Positions 49,410 through 62,600 of a DNA stretch of 64,000 nucleotides are shown here, one piece after another. The DNA lies in the NCBI GenBank assembly GCA_030390025.1, contig CM059432.1:32304001-32368000 (forward strand). Direction: 5' to 3'. Both the position numbers and the translations under genes were made by a program. The notes under the pieces are model-generated. The model was not told where the DNA came from and did not search any database. It saw only the letters and a list, made by a program, of their open reading frames with translations. How positions within the stretch are numbered: the stretch's first letter is position 1; each line of letters opens with the position of its first letter. This DNA is from Squalus acanthias (taxonomy: Eukaryota).

Positions 49410-50964
49410 GTAAGTGTTTTTTTTTCTCTCTCCTTGTGTTATAAGATTTCATAGAATTTCTGGTATGCAATCTGCCTGGCGGAGTTAGATAGTCCACTTG
49501 GATGGTATGTATGTAGCACTACTTGTCAGATAGGGTGTTACAGTGTTGCTTTAATGTGAAGTAGCTGTGGAATGAATGTATATTTATATCTTTAAATGTC
49601 TGTATGAAATATATATTTATTTATGTGTCTGGTTAAGACTGAATGTAATTTTGTTCTTGTTCCAAAAAAAGTGCTTATTCAGTAGGTTCAGACTGTTCCT
49701 GTGAGTTGCTAGACAGAAAAAATATGTTGCCTTAGTAACCTGGAGTAGTAGGATGTCTGAGTTTATGCTGAGTGGAAGTACTGCGTTGTGTAGCAGAGCC
49801 AAATTCACACATACCCACACTCACTGAGCAGATTCATTTTACACACATACACACACTGATCAGATTTAATTTTCCATTTATTGAAAAGATCTGCTGCTTT
49901 AACTGAATACTTTCTCTCTCTAATGTACATTTCCATTTTGAGCTTTGCGCTTAATTAAAAATATAATTTTAACTTGCTGTATCTTTTGAAAGAACAAACT
50001 GAAAGGGGTTGGATTGTACTATTGATATTGGTGTGAATATTGTAAATTTCAGGAGTGCATGTATTCTTGTAAATTCAAGATGTATGCCATAACAAGTCTT
50101 GTCTCTTAAATAATTTCTAGCAAACAGTGGTGATCGTCTGGTCTTTAACTAAGTACTCTTCTACTCCTGATCATTTTTTAAATAATATCTTCACAGACAT
50201 GTTTCTGATTGTGTAAATTTAGTTTTTTCTGCCTGTGTAATGCAAAGGTATTTGAAAGGTTGACTTCAAAGGAGGTTAATTAAGCCGCCTCAGTCAACAG
50301 TGATGGGAGATAATGATCAGTCTTGAAGAGGCTAAGTTCCATGCTGTGTCTGCTCTTATGGCTGAATCAGTTCCACTGTGCAAATTAACAAATCACTGTG
50401 AATTTTTCTCTTGTGTTCTCTGTAGCAGGTTGGTTGGTCTGTTCCTTTCCTCAGGAATGCTGTGGACATTTTTTTTTACATGGTTTTTCCAACTCCTTAA
50501 TCCACATCCTATTCCATTCCATTGTCTCAATCCCATCTGACCTTTTACAGTTCTTCTGTTGAGATGAACTTGTCTTTTTTATTTGGTGGGGGAGAAAGAT
50601 TTAATGGTGCTGCATAATTTTCAGCAAGGATCCACTTCAATACTTTTTTTTAAAAAAAAAGTCACATTTTAATTTACCCGCGAGAAGTTTATTATCTTTT
50701 CCCAGTTTACCTTTTGATCAATTCAATCACCAGAATAACAGCAGTGGTTTGCTTTTATGTAGTGCCTCTAGAGCAACAAAAAACCTCCCAAGACACCTAG
50801 CTGAGTTGAAGGGAATTCAGAACCGTTCAGGAATTGGGAGAAATGAGGAGGGTGAGCGGAGGCCTGGTTGAAGAGATGAATTTTGAGGGAGCGTAGTAAA
50901 GGAGTTTAGGAAGAGAATTCCAGAATATGTGAGCAAGATGTTGTAGGCTGTGCCACTGATAGGA

Positions 50965-51384
50965 GAGGGAGGGTGAAACCCACAGTAGGACAGAGTTGGA
51001 CCAGCAGAGGGAGGGTGAAACCCACAGTAGGACAGAGTTGGACCAGCAGAGGGAGGGTGAAACCCACAGTAGGACAGAGTTGGACCAGCAGAGGGAGGGT
51101 GAAACCCACAGTAGGACAGAGTTGGACCAGCAGAGGGAGGGTGAAACCCACAGTAGGACAGAGTTGGACCAGCAGAGGGAGGGTGAAACCCACAGTAGGA
51201 CAGAGTTGGACCAGCAGAGGGAGGGTGAAACCCACAGTAGGACAGAGTTGGACCAGCAGAGGGAGGGTGAAACCCACAGTAGGACAGAGTTGGACCAGCA
51301 GAGGGAGGGTGAAACCCACAGTAGGACAGAGTTGGACCAGCAGAGGGAGGGTGAAACCCACAGTAGGACAGAGTTGGACCAGCA
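50965..51384. repeat. Perfect 42-bp VNTR x10 (gagggagggtgaaacccacagtaggacagagttggaccagca)
   Basis: Ten identical contiguous units with no spacers. Confidence 0.97.
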
Positions 51385-53119
51385 GAGTGTGTGAGTTGGA
51401 TGTGGCCCAGTGTCTCTTTTTTTAAAAAAAAAGGAATATTTTGGGAGTTTCTTGTGCCCTGTAATTTTAAAGCTGGGACTGATCCGTTCATTGTGAAAAT
51501 AACATCAGAAGTCTAAGTGTGCAAGAGCCTTGCCAAAAAGTTAGTAAACCTTTGCCTGGATTAAATGAAGTTGTCGAAAGTTAAGGTTTCTTGAGGCTTG
51601 AGATTCTGGGGAATGTAGATTTAAAGGCTCCCAAGAATTTTAATTCCCCAAAGTGTCCTTTCAGGTCATCTCTGCAGATCAGAACAAAATATTTCAGCTG
51701 TGAGTTTGGGCTCTTGTGTTTTCCTGTTGCATTCAGGAGAGACACACAATCTGTGTATGCTGCTTTACTTGTTTTTCTTTACAAAGTGTTGCCTGTCCAG
51801 TTAGAGCCCCGTTGGAGGTCTAATAGAGATTCCCTTTGGCAGCCATGTTGAGGCCCATGACATTTGGTCCTGGGGGCATCACTGGAAGTATGCTACAACC
51901 TTTCTGTTGTTTCCCCCCCCCCCCCCCCCCCCCAGCCTGAGCTCTCTGTTCCTCTGACTGGCCTTTTGTAAATCGCCCCCACCCCCGTCACTCCACCCCA
52001 TTATTAGCCACCTAAGTCGTCTGCTCCGAAATTCCCCCCATAAACACTTCCTCCTCCTCTCTCTCTCTCTCTCCTTTTAAGACCCTACTTAAAACCCACC
52101 TCTTCACCCAAGCTTTTGGTCATCCTTCCTAATAATCTCCTCCTTCGGCTCGGCATCCATTTTTTTGTTTCTTTCCTTGTTTCTCTGTGAAGCACCCGGG
52201 ACTTTTTCCATTTTCAAGTTGCTGGGGTTTGCGTCGTTTTCTGTTGTGACACGGCATCAGCAGCATTTCACCAAAGTAGGAGATTGGTGGACGTTTATCG
52301 AGACTAACTTCAGAAGCAGCCTGTTCTAAATATAGTAAAATAAGCGAGCTGGGAAAGTATTTGCCCTTAAATATAGGGCGGTGGGGAGCTCAGGGTAGTT
52401 TGTAAGATCTGTTTGTGGCACCTTGTGAGAAACAGCTGTAATTACAGTTTGGCCTGACTAAATAATTAATCAGCAGTAGAACATGATAGTTATTAATCCC
52501 AGGAGCACTGTTCAATCTGTTTCAGTAGAAATACTGTGCATTCTTCAACCACCCTCCCATTCCCGTTCTTTCCTCTCCACCCAGCCCCTTCCTCATTTCT
52601 TGAATCCCCTCTCCTATGTTCTACCCTTTCCATTTGCCAATTTTTTTTTGTGAATTGCTTTTATATTTTCTTCTAAATTTGGCAATTTTTTCCTCCCATT
52701 TGGCACACACAGCTGGAAGGGAGGAGGGTAGAAAGGAACTGAAGTCTCGTGCTGGTTGGTTCAAAGCCAGCTGCCTTAACAAGAGAGTCATTTTGTTGTG
52801 CAGTAGGAATGAAAATGTGCAGTTTTTTTGGCAGAGATGGAGGGGAAGAAATCTGCTGACCGTAACAATAGGAGGTGCAACATAAAGTTTCCTTTTAATT
52901 GGCTTTCACGTTCTCTTCTGTTGCTAAGTGTGTCTGTTTTTTGAAAGGCATTGGGGGCTGCAAGTCGAGCTATTGGCTATTTATTGCAGGATCTCCTCAC
53001 ATTTTCATTTTCAGAAGGTTGTTGTATGACATTGTAGCTTAACAATATGTAACTTGTTACCATTCTGTGTATTAGCTACCTTTTTGTGACTTGGTGCAGG
53101 GGAGAAATGGGAACATTTA

Positions 53120-53436
53120 GGGTACAGTGGTGTAGTGATTATGTTACTGGTCTAGTAATCCAGTGAATGTGATTTCAAATCCCATCATGGCAGTTTGAGA
53201 ATTTTAATTTAATTTATATATTTTTTAAAAAGCTGGTATCAGTAAAAGTGACCGTGAAGAGCTGTTGTAAAACCCAACTGGTTCGTTAATGTCCTTTAGG
53301 GAAATAAACTTGCTGTCCTTGCCCTGTGTGGCCTATATGTGACTCCAGTCCCACACTGATGTGGTTGATTCTTAACTGCTCTCAGGGATGGACAATAAAT
53401 GACAGCCTTGCCAACATCCCAAGAATCAATAAAAAT
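53120..53436 (+). mobile_element. tRNA-derived SINE sharing its 3' tail with the second CR1-like LINE family
   Basis: Head agtggtgtagtg..ttcaaatccc and tail gggatggacaataaatgacagccttgcc..catccc. Related pieces at about 40315-40510(-) and 63750-63980(+). Confidence 0.7.
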
Positions 53437-54752
53437 GATTTGCCAGCATAAGTGACTCGTTGTATGTGAAGTGCTTTGAGATGTTTCTGAGACCCAATAA
53501 AGCACTATGTAAGGCAAGTATTTCTGGTTACGGGAGTGCTGCCTTTCTTTGAGTTTGGCCACAACACTAAGGAGCGTTTGGAGACACTGCCTCCTGAAGT
53601 GCTAGGATTCACCTAAAGAGTTCCACTAATATTGGAAAAAGCTAGAAATGTGAATCCAAAGTAACTGCAGATGTGCGACCTTGTGCATGCACAGTTGCTT
53701 TACAGTTACTTTTGTGTTTTTTCACACTCACTGGTGCACTGAACTCAGTGCCAGCAGCACCATTCAAAGTATTTCTGCATCACTCAATTCTCTCCACCCG
53801 CCCCCTACCTCAAATAAAAGAATCATCTGACACCAGAGGGAAGGATTTAATCTCTCCCGCACTTCTGGACAGCAAAGGGACACCACCAGAGTGGACTCGT
53901 TCTGGCTTATGGCTGTGCAATTAGATGGAAAAGGTCCAAGGTCCACGATAATGTGCAATGATTACCTCGCTCATGCCTCAAACCTTCCAAGAATTGCTTA
54001 CTGGATAGCAAACAAGAGCAGGAACCCTGACTCCATTCCTCCTGCCCCAATCCGAGGGGCACTAAGACTGATTTGTAAAGGGCCTACCCCATTGCTGACC
54101 CGATTGAGACGAGCAGACTCCGCACAGAGCAGGGATGGAATCCAAGTCCTTCCTTCTCTGAATAGCTCAGCCCTGCACAGACCTATTCAGAGAATTCTAA
54201 TATTTTTTTTAATTGTGATGCAGCACTTGTATTGTGCATCATTTGCAGTTTTATTAAAACCACAGTAAATTTCCCAACCACTTCAGGTTTATGGTTCTGT
54301 AAATGGGTTTACAGTAATAGAACGTATTGCCCTTGGCATGGTATGTTTGCAGGCTGCTGTGCTTTTTCCATTTTTAAAAGAATGAAAAATGCATGCTAGG
54401 TGCTATAAAGGCAGGTGATTTATGAAGCTATTTGAAGGTGGTAAACTATAAAATTAATCATCAGACATGTGGATTTTTTTCTCTCAAAGTGTTTCTTCTT
54501 TTACCACCTTGTTTTTTGACCAGATTGGCATTTGTTTTTAAATGTTACAATGCAGGTGCATGATGTATAAACTAGCTTTCCTTTCGACCAACTGGAGAAT
54601 TTCCATTCAGAGACCAGACAGTGAGTCCGTCGACGGCTGGGAGTGAGCTTCCCAATGCAAATAGAAACAGGTTTATCTACTTGTACAGCCACACCCCCAC
54701 AAAGCGTTTTTACCTTTTCTGTTGATAGAAACTCTGGTTTCATAAGAGTTAA

Positions 54753-55097
54753 AGGGAGTTCTGGGCGCCCCGCTCGCCTAGGTCTTATTTGTTTTTACTC
54801 TCTATCAGCTCTGATTCCCAACCAGCCAATTGGGAATACTGGAACCCATTTTCTTGATGCGGGACGTTATTGTGGTTCTCTGTATTAATTGGATGACCGT
54901 GATACCCAGCTTTGCGCGATTAGCAAACCGGGTACGGTTTCAGTGTAGACGGAGCAGCTCGCAAGTCTCCGATAGTGCCGCGACAGCGACGGTCAGGTTG
55001 TTTGTATTTATGGGCGCGTCCAACGACTAGGGAAACTGCTCATTCACTTCACTCTTCCGATCTTAAAAGTTTGCTTGTTGTGTTACAAGAATCCCCT
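54753..55097. mobile_element. Possible Kolobok-like MITE
   Basis: TTAA precedes agggagttct and the right end agaatcccct is an imperfect inverted match. The interior is CpG-rich. The right-hand TTAA is not intact. Confidence 0.3.
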
Positions 55098-58000
55098 AAT
55101 TGCATACGGCTCATATGAAATGAGGCCTGCTCTGGACAACAACAACTTGTGTTTAGATAGTGTGTTTGACGTAGTAAAACGTCCCAAGCTGTAGCCAGAT
55201 AAGAAGTGACATCGAGCTAAAGGAGGAGACATCAGGACAGGTGACCAAATGCTTGGTCAAAGAGGAGGGTTTTAATCGGCGTCTTAAAGGAGGAGAGAGA
55301 GGTGGAAAGGCGAAGAGGTTTGGAGTGGGAATTCCAGAGCTTCGGGCCTAGACGGCTGAAGGCATGGCCACCAATGGTGGGCCAAAAGAAGTGGAGGATG
55401 CACAAGAGGCCTAGAGTTGGAGGAACGCAGTTCTCAGGGTTGTGGGGCTGGAGGAGCGACTGGGTCCAATCTCAATTCTGGACCATTTTTTTTAAAGGTG
55501 CAATGTGTGCCTTCAGAAACCTCCGATTAACAAAATAAACCCTCTAGCACAGTGATGCAATTGACCTCGGAGCCCTGTGTCCAGTAGCATTTATGTGGCT
55601 CAGTGTCAAATTTTGTTTGATAACGCTCCTGTGAAGCGCCTTGGGACGTTGTACGATGTTGAAGTCGCTATATAAATGCAAGTTGTTGTTGCCTTGTTAC
55701 CGACTCCCTCCTGGAAAATATGCACATTGGCTGAAGGCAGAATTGGGGTCTGGTGCAATGTTGTATTCTGCTGTTGCAGTCAGCCACTGCTGCTTCCATC
55801 CACCAGCTTGCAATGTGGATGAAAGGGAGAAGGAGGGAAAAACATACATCTGTGCAAATAGTACCATGAGGGCCTGAAGCATTCTATCTGCAGGGGAGCA
55901 GTGAGCCCAGGGGTGGAAAAGAAGCTTAAATTGGTAGAAGCCAACCTCCCTTGTTCAGGTTGACCCTCGGGTAAGCTGATTCCTGAGCGATGGTAAAGGT
56001 GGACATGGAGGAATCTGTCAAGGCAACTGAGGCAAGTAAGGAGAGGAGGAGGAAAGATTGATGCAAAAGTAACTCGGACGACTTTGCTTAATACTGTGCC
56101 ATTCCTGGGGGAGGGGGACGGAGGAGCGTACCTTTAGTAATGCAGAGCCTGATTTAACCTATAAAATATAGACTTGCAATCTTTGATTGCTCTGGGTCTC
56201 ATTTTAGGTTCTCCACTCAAACAGAAGTAATTTTATTATAGGCATTCCTCTGACTGCAAGTCAGGAAATTAATGCAAATCAATGTCAAAGCCAAATAGGA
56301 GGGAGTTTCCTGGAGGCGAAAGGTGTCTCCTCGCTATTCGATGGAAGCGCAGAATATTTCACCCGAGGAGGAGCAAGAGGAAATGTACTGTGACAACAAT
56401 GAAAGACAGTCTTCTGCTTTATGCTAATTGTAATAATGCTGTTTATAAGGGCCTTTTTTCAGGTGGGTGAGTGAGTGAGGGCAGAGAGCTATTTTCTAAA
56501 TCAAAGCTGTTACTAAAGTAGGTTGACCACCCTGAGGTGTAGGGGTGTTTGCCGCAAGGTATAATTGGATCTGAGTGGCTGGGAGGGAGTCTCTGAAGAA
56601 TGTGTGTTTGGGTCCTCTTCGCTCTTCCTCATACACAATGCAGAGGCTTTCTACAGCTGAGGCAGCCTCTTCACTCAATCGCTTCTAATGCAGTTGGTGT
56701 TTATGTCGGATACCACATGGTATGGAATGTGTTCCAAGACTGTAATGTATCTTGGCATTCAGATGAATTCGAGCAGTGTATCCAAGACATCCGGAACCCT
56801 AAGGTGTATTACTGCTCCGGAATGCCCTGTGTGAAGGTGGGAGGCTTTCTTGCCCTTTTTTCTTCATTTTCCTTTGCGTTGGGTTGGGTTTACTTTATTT
56901 CTTCCCCTCCCCCCCCCCCTCTAAACTTCTTTCCTCTCAAGTTACTGGGGTATGGTTCCATGTGCATCCAGATGATGTGTTGGGAGGCTGTTTGACATGG
57001 TGTGTGATGCCCTTAACAGTTGAATAGTTGGTTGCTTGGGGTAGTTTTAGGGGTACTGAGTACCTTCTGGTTTCTAGTCCCGATGGCTGTTTTCTGTGTA
57101 AGCATAGACAGTCAGTATTGGGGAGCCTCATAAAGTCCAACTTCTCGTGCACTTTCTGGCAGAGGTTATTGGAACGGGACCCCTAGCTAACTCTTTCCTT
57201 TGCACCCCTCACGGGAGTGGTGAAGTCCTCCACTGCCAACCCTGCCTGAGAACAGGTAACTCTGCACAGACCAGGGACCTTTTGGTCTGTGTGGCTCAGT
57301 GTATGTTTCCTTTAACCACCAGAGATAGTGAGACTCAAAGCTGATTTGACTTCCATAACTAAAAAGTGGGCTAAGCATCTCATTGGAATAGCTGTTTAGA
57401 CAGGCTATGTATTGTCAGTGCAGCCTTTCCTCTGGCTAAACTAACCATCAGTTTGGCTCAGTTGGTTGAAGGCCCACTCCAGAGACTTGAGCATATAATC
57501 TAGGCTGATGCTTCAGTGCAGTACTGAGGGTAGACTACGTTGGCAGAGGTGCTGTCTTTCGGAGGGAATTTTAAACCGAGGCCCCATCTGCCTGTTCCTG
57601 GCAAATGACATGGGAGTTTTCCCTGAATTCTCGCCTCAACTAACACCACCAAAAAGCACAGCAGGCCATTCATCTTATTTGCTGCTTGTGGGATCTTGCT
57701 GTGCAACGTGTAGCTGCCGTGTTTGTTTACATAACAGTGGCTGCACTTCAGAACGTTAATTGGCTGTGAAGCGCTGTGGGATGTCTTGAGGATGTGATGT
57801 GGTTCTATATAAAGGCCAGTGCTTTCTCCTTGCTAAAGCGAGCAAGCAATAGATCCCAGGTGACCATGCCCCTTTAAGCTGCACTGCCTAGAACTCTCTC
57901 TCCCTTGCCATGCCACCACCCCCTTCACACAAAGGAAATATCAAACCCATCTGGGTGCAATACTTGTAACGCACTGTTCCAGGCTGAGTGGGAGTCATAG

Positions 58001-58764
58001 AGCCAGCAGAAAATTCCTGTGGGTTCTATCTGTTCCACTGTTTATTTTTACTAAAACAGACAGTTTAAATGGAATGAATGAGGGAGAGCTGAAGCCAAGG
58101 AACAGAATGTTCTTTGGCAGTGGAGACAGGGTACAAAGCTCTTTTTTTTGTTCTGTATGTGTGTGAAAACTAGGTTGAAAATGTTGTAGTTTCTCCCACT
58201 GTGCCACCAGAGGGCAGTGCCTATGGAACAATTTATTCTGCCCATCTTGTTACTACAACTCTCCAGAACTTGAGCTGATTGTTTTTCAAAGAAAGTTGGG
58301 AACTCTTCAATTTTAAAAAAAAACCTTGTGTAATTTTCTGGTATAAGGAGTGTATATGGAACATTTTGTACAGGTCTGGCAGTAAGTTACCTATTTTCCA
58401 CAAGCCATAGGATCTGAACCAAAAGGCTCCATCTGTTTTGGATTAAGGCCAGGAAGGAAAGGACTGACTGCCAACATTACCAGAGGGAATTGCCCTGTCC
58501 CAGTTGTAACGTAGTGTCAGATAAAACACAAAACGTTAGCATTTCTTCAAGAGGGAAAAGTGATACTTTGGAAAAATTCCTATTGATAGTTCTACATTTT
58601 TTTTTGATGCTGTGTCTTGCCTCCTTTGCTCTTGGAATGAGCTCTTTACAGGATGAGAGAGATGGTTTGAAGTGCTTACAGCTAACAGATGCTAGTCTCC
58701 AACATGGTGGCAGACTGAGCCCACAGCGAGAGATCTGGTACTACAATTCAGAAAGAAGGAAAAA

Positions 58765-59655
58765 TCTAACCCAGCCAATTACCACCTTAGCAGCGGCGTT
58801 CTCCCAATCTTCAGAATAGCAATGGAAGAAATAATCAATAGTGTCATCAAGCAACACCTATTCACCAAAAACCTGCTTGCCGACACTCAGTTTGGGTTCA
58901 ACCAAAACCACTCTGTTTGTAACCTCGTCGCAGCCTTGATTCCCGATGTGGATGTAGAAGTTGAATGCCAGAGGAGAGGTGCGAGTAGCTGCCCTCAACA
59001 TAAAGTCAGCATTCGACCAAGTATGGCACCAAGGAGCCCTAGCAAAACTGAGGTCAATAGGGATCGGAGCAAACCCACTCAAGTGGCTGGAGTCACACCT
59101 GCTGACACACAGGACAATGGTTGTGGTCAAAAGTCAATCGTTGCAGATCCAGGACATCACTGCTGGAGTTCTTCAGCGCAGAATCCCTGGCCCAACCATT
59201 TCCAGTTGCTCAATGATTTTTCCCTACGTCATTAGGTTAAGAGTGGGGCTGTTCAGAGTTAATTTTGCAATTTTCAGCTAAATTCGCAACTCCTCTGATA
59301 ATGAAACAGCCCATGCCAGCCTACAGCCTGACCTGGGTAACTTCCAGACGAGGTGGCAAGTAGCCTTTGCGCCAGTTTAGCCAAGAAGTAACCATCTCCA
59401 GCAAGAAAAGGCCCAACCACCTCCATCTGACCTTCAATGGCATCACCATCAGCGAATCCCCTCCCATCAACATCCTGAGGGGCACCATTGACCAGAAGCT
59501 TAACTGGACCAGCCATATCAACACCATGGCTATAAAAGCAGCGAAGAAGCTGGATATTTTGCGATGAGTAGCTCACCTGTTGTCACCTTGAAGCCTTGCT
59601 ACCATCTACAAGGCTGAAGTCAGGAGTGTGATCGAATGCTTACCAGTTGCCTGCA
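58765..59655 (+). mobile_element. Old, decayed copy of the second CR1-like LINE family
   Basis: GEVRVAALNIKSAFDQVWHQG and TIDQKLNWTSHINT in broken frames. Confidence 0.8.
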
Positions 59656-62600
59656 GTAGGTACGATGTGAATCAACCTTGGCTCAGTGGTAGCACTGCCG
59701 CCTCTAAGTCAGAAGGTTGTGGGTTCAAATCCCACTCGAGACTTGAGCACAAAATCTAGGCTGGCACTCCAGTGCAGTACTGAGGGAGTGCTGCACTACC
59801 GGAGATGCCATCTTACGGATGAAGCATTAAACCGAGGCCCAATCTGCCATCTCGGGTGTACGTAAATGATTCCATGGCATTTTCGAAGAAGAGTAGGGGA
59901 CTTCTTCGATGTTGGGCAACATTTATCCATCAACCAACATCACTTTTACAAAAAAAAACCCACATCTGGTCATTATCTCATTGCATTTTGTGGGACCTTG
60001 CTGTGCCCAAATTGGCTGTCGTGTTTCCCTACATTACAACCGTGACTACACTTCAAAAAGTACTTAATTGGTTGTAAAGCACTTTGGGATGTCTTGAGGT
60101 TATGAAAGGTAATGAATGTAGGCCTTTCTTCTTTTTACAAAATCACACTAGTTCATTTGTTTTGTGATTTGTGGTACACAGTGTAATAAATTTGCACTGA
60201 AGCAAACACAAAATATTAGCTTAAAGTCAGCTTGACATCTTACTGCTTATCCACTTCTTGACTTATTAAGAATATGTCGGTAGTGTTGGCTCGGTGCAGG
60301 ATTGTTACTAGATCGCTTTAATCTTTGATGTGGTACGATAACACTTTAACTCGCTCCAAATCCATTCGTGTCAGTCTGAGAAATTAAAATGCTCTTAATA
60401 TCCAGCTAATCCTGTAAATGTGTCATAATAAAATAATTCCAAAGTCTTTGCCATCCATAAATATCCTTTTCAAAAGCACAGTTCCGTGCCTTTTTTCTTC
60501 CGTATACGTTTGAAACTCTTATCCAGACACCTTGGGAGTGAAGTGACTGTAATTAAACACAGAAAGCAGTTTAAATAGATGTTTACTGGTCAGCTTGTAA
60601 ACTGATTTGTTCCTGTTGATCTCTTTTGTTACATATACTCAACCTTAAAGTAAACTCAGCTGGTTAGTGCAGTCACTAGGATTTCAGCAAAACATAATTG
60701 TGTAAAGCTTTTCTGGACCGTCTCCACTTGAACAGTGGGGTTGGGGGAAGGTGGCAAGAGAATAATTCTTTGCCAACCAAAGCTTGGGTTATGTCTGTCC
60801 GCTTGAGTGTATTTTGAGCTCTATAATAAGTTATATGTCACTTGTGGTAGTTGTGGGAGTGATGTGAGAATATTTAAGAGCATTGCAATAAACGAGCCCA
60901 CTCGGAGCTGTACCGTGGTGTATTTGACACCCAGTACTTGCACGTTTCAGTGTGTTGGTGCTGCACTTGTTTCTTTTGGGCGGGAGGGGAGGGGGGCGTG
61001 TGGTAAAACCAAAACGGTTCAAACTCTGGTCGCGCACACACATCTGGCTCATAGTCATTGGATGCTGTGGGAGAGAGAATAAGATTTGCAGCAGTCTTCG
61101 AGCTTGGAGTTTGGAGGGGGTGATGACCTCTTTAAAGCGTCAGTCTGGCCTTGAATAGCTTTTTCACATTTGGATGCCCCATCAGTCGCAGAAGGATCTC
61201 ATTCATTCATCCGCACCTTGCCGTTTAAGATTGTGATATGGTGGGTGCATTGAGGCATTTATAGTGAGGCGGTGTTCAATCTAGTGCTGGCTTTATGACT
61301 CTGGAACCTGGCCAGCTTTGAGAGTACAGTTAACTCCCAAGTACTATGGAAAAATACCAAAGCAGCCCTGTTCAGAGAATGCTAATCACATGCTCAGATC
61401 TGTGATGACGAATCAGTGACGGTGTTGAATTTTCCCGATTGTCCCAACCCTTGTGTTGCCAGGCAACAGCAAAGGCTGCCAGTAACTGCATCATAACGCA
61501 TACTGGAACGGTTCTGGGTATTTGTCTGCGATTGGTAAATGTGATGTTTGTAGCCAGTCAAGCACTGACTCCAGTATGTGTTTAAACATTCTCTCCACCA
61601 ATGACACATGAGTTACACCAGTGAAAGAAAGGACTTGTATTTATGTAGTGTCTTTCACAACCTCAGGATGTCCCAAAAGCACTTTACAATTAGGTACTGT
61701 TTTGAAGTGTTGTCACTTTTGTAATGTAGGTAACATGGCAGCCAATTGTGCACAGCAAGCTCCCACAAACAGAAATATGATGATGACCAGAATATTATTT
61801 GGTAATGTTGGTTGAGGGATAAATATTGGCCAGAACACCCATGCTCCTCTTTGAATAATGCCATGGGATCTTTTACGTCCATCTGAGTGGGCAGACGGGG
61901 CCTCTGTTTAACGTCTCACCCAAAAAGACGATTTCTTCGACAGTGCAGCGCGCTCAGTACTGCACTGAAGTGTCGACCTGGATTATGTGCTCAAGTCTCT
62001 GGAGTGGGATTTGAACCCACAACCTTTTGACTTCCAAGGTGAGAGTGCTACCACTGAGCCAAGACTAGTACTTCACTATTACAGTAAATACAATGAAAGA
62101 GTTGTGAACTATGTCCAGTTGAACTGTACATAATACCTAATTGCACCTTGCCCTTCCCAGCTTGCGTTGTCTTGAGAGCATTTTGAACAATTTCACCCTA
62201 GGGTGAAATACAAGTAATTACAGGCCTGTCGCTGATCGTAATGGTCTGAGTTAAGATTAAAACACGAGCATAACAGGATAATATATTGGCCTTAGTGTAG
62301 CTTTATTTTGAATTGGTGTCAATACACTAAATATGCCATGGGACAATCCCAGTCTCAGGTCAGTAATTTGCACCATCGTGAGTAGAACAGCACAGGAGCC
62401 ACAGCTGTGGAGGTGTTCCTGTCAGCCCATGTGACTATAGAGCTGTATTCCACGAGGATTTATGTTCCTCGGTTTTACCTGGGATGATTCTAGGATGCAT
62501 AGGCCACTGGGGTTTAATGCATCCACAAGATATCCTCTTGGGGCTTAGAATTGCTGCCTGCTCTGTAAAGAGGGGAGAATTCACTTGCCTGGGCCTCATC

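Noticed and set aside
50817..51491. 150-224-aa repeat ORFs, or a CRISPR-like array
   Set aside because: The units are contiguous and identical with no spacers, and no cas genes are present. The ORFs are a by-product of a 42-bp unit lacking stops in several frames.
51913..51933. 21-nt poly-C tract (G-quadruplex potential)
   Set aside because: A simple homopolymer at the edge of an L2 remnant, with no further evidence of function.
55950..55976. Possible 12-nt micro-exon (cag|gttgaccctcgg|gtaagc)
   Set aside because: The polypyrimidine tract is weak and such matches are expected by chance. It cannot be supported without RNA data.
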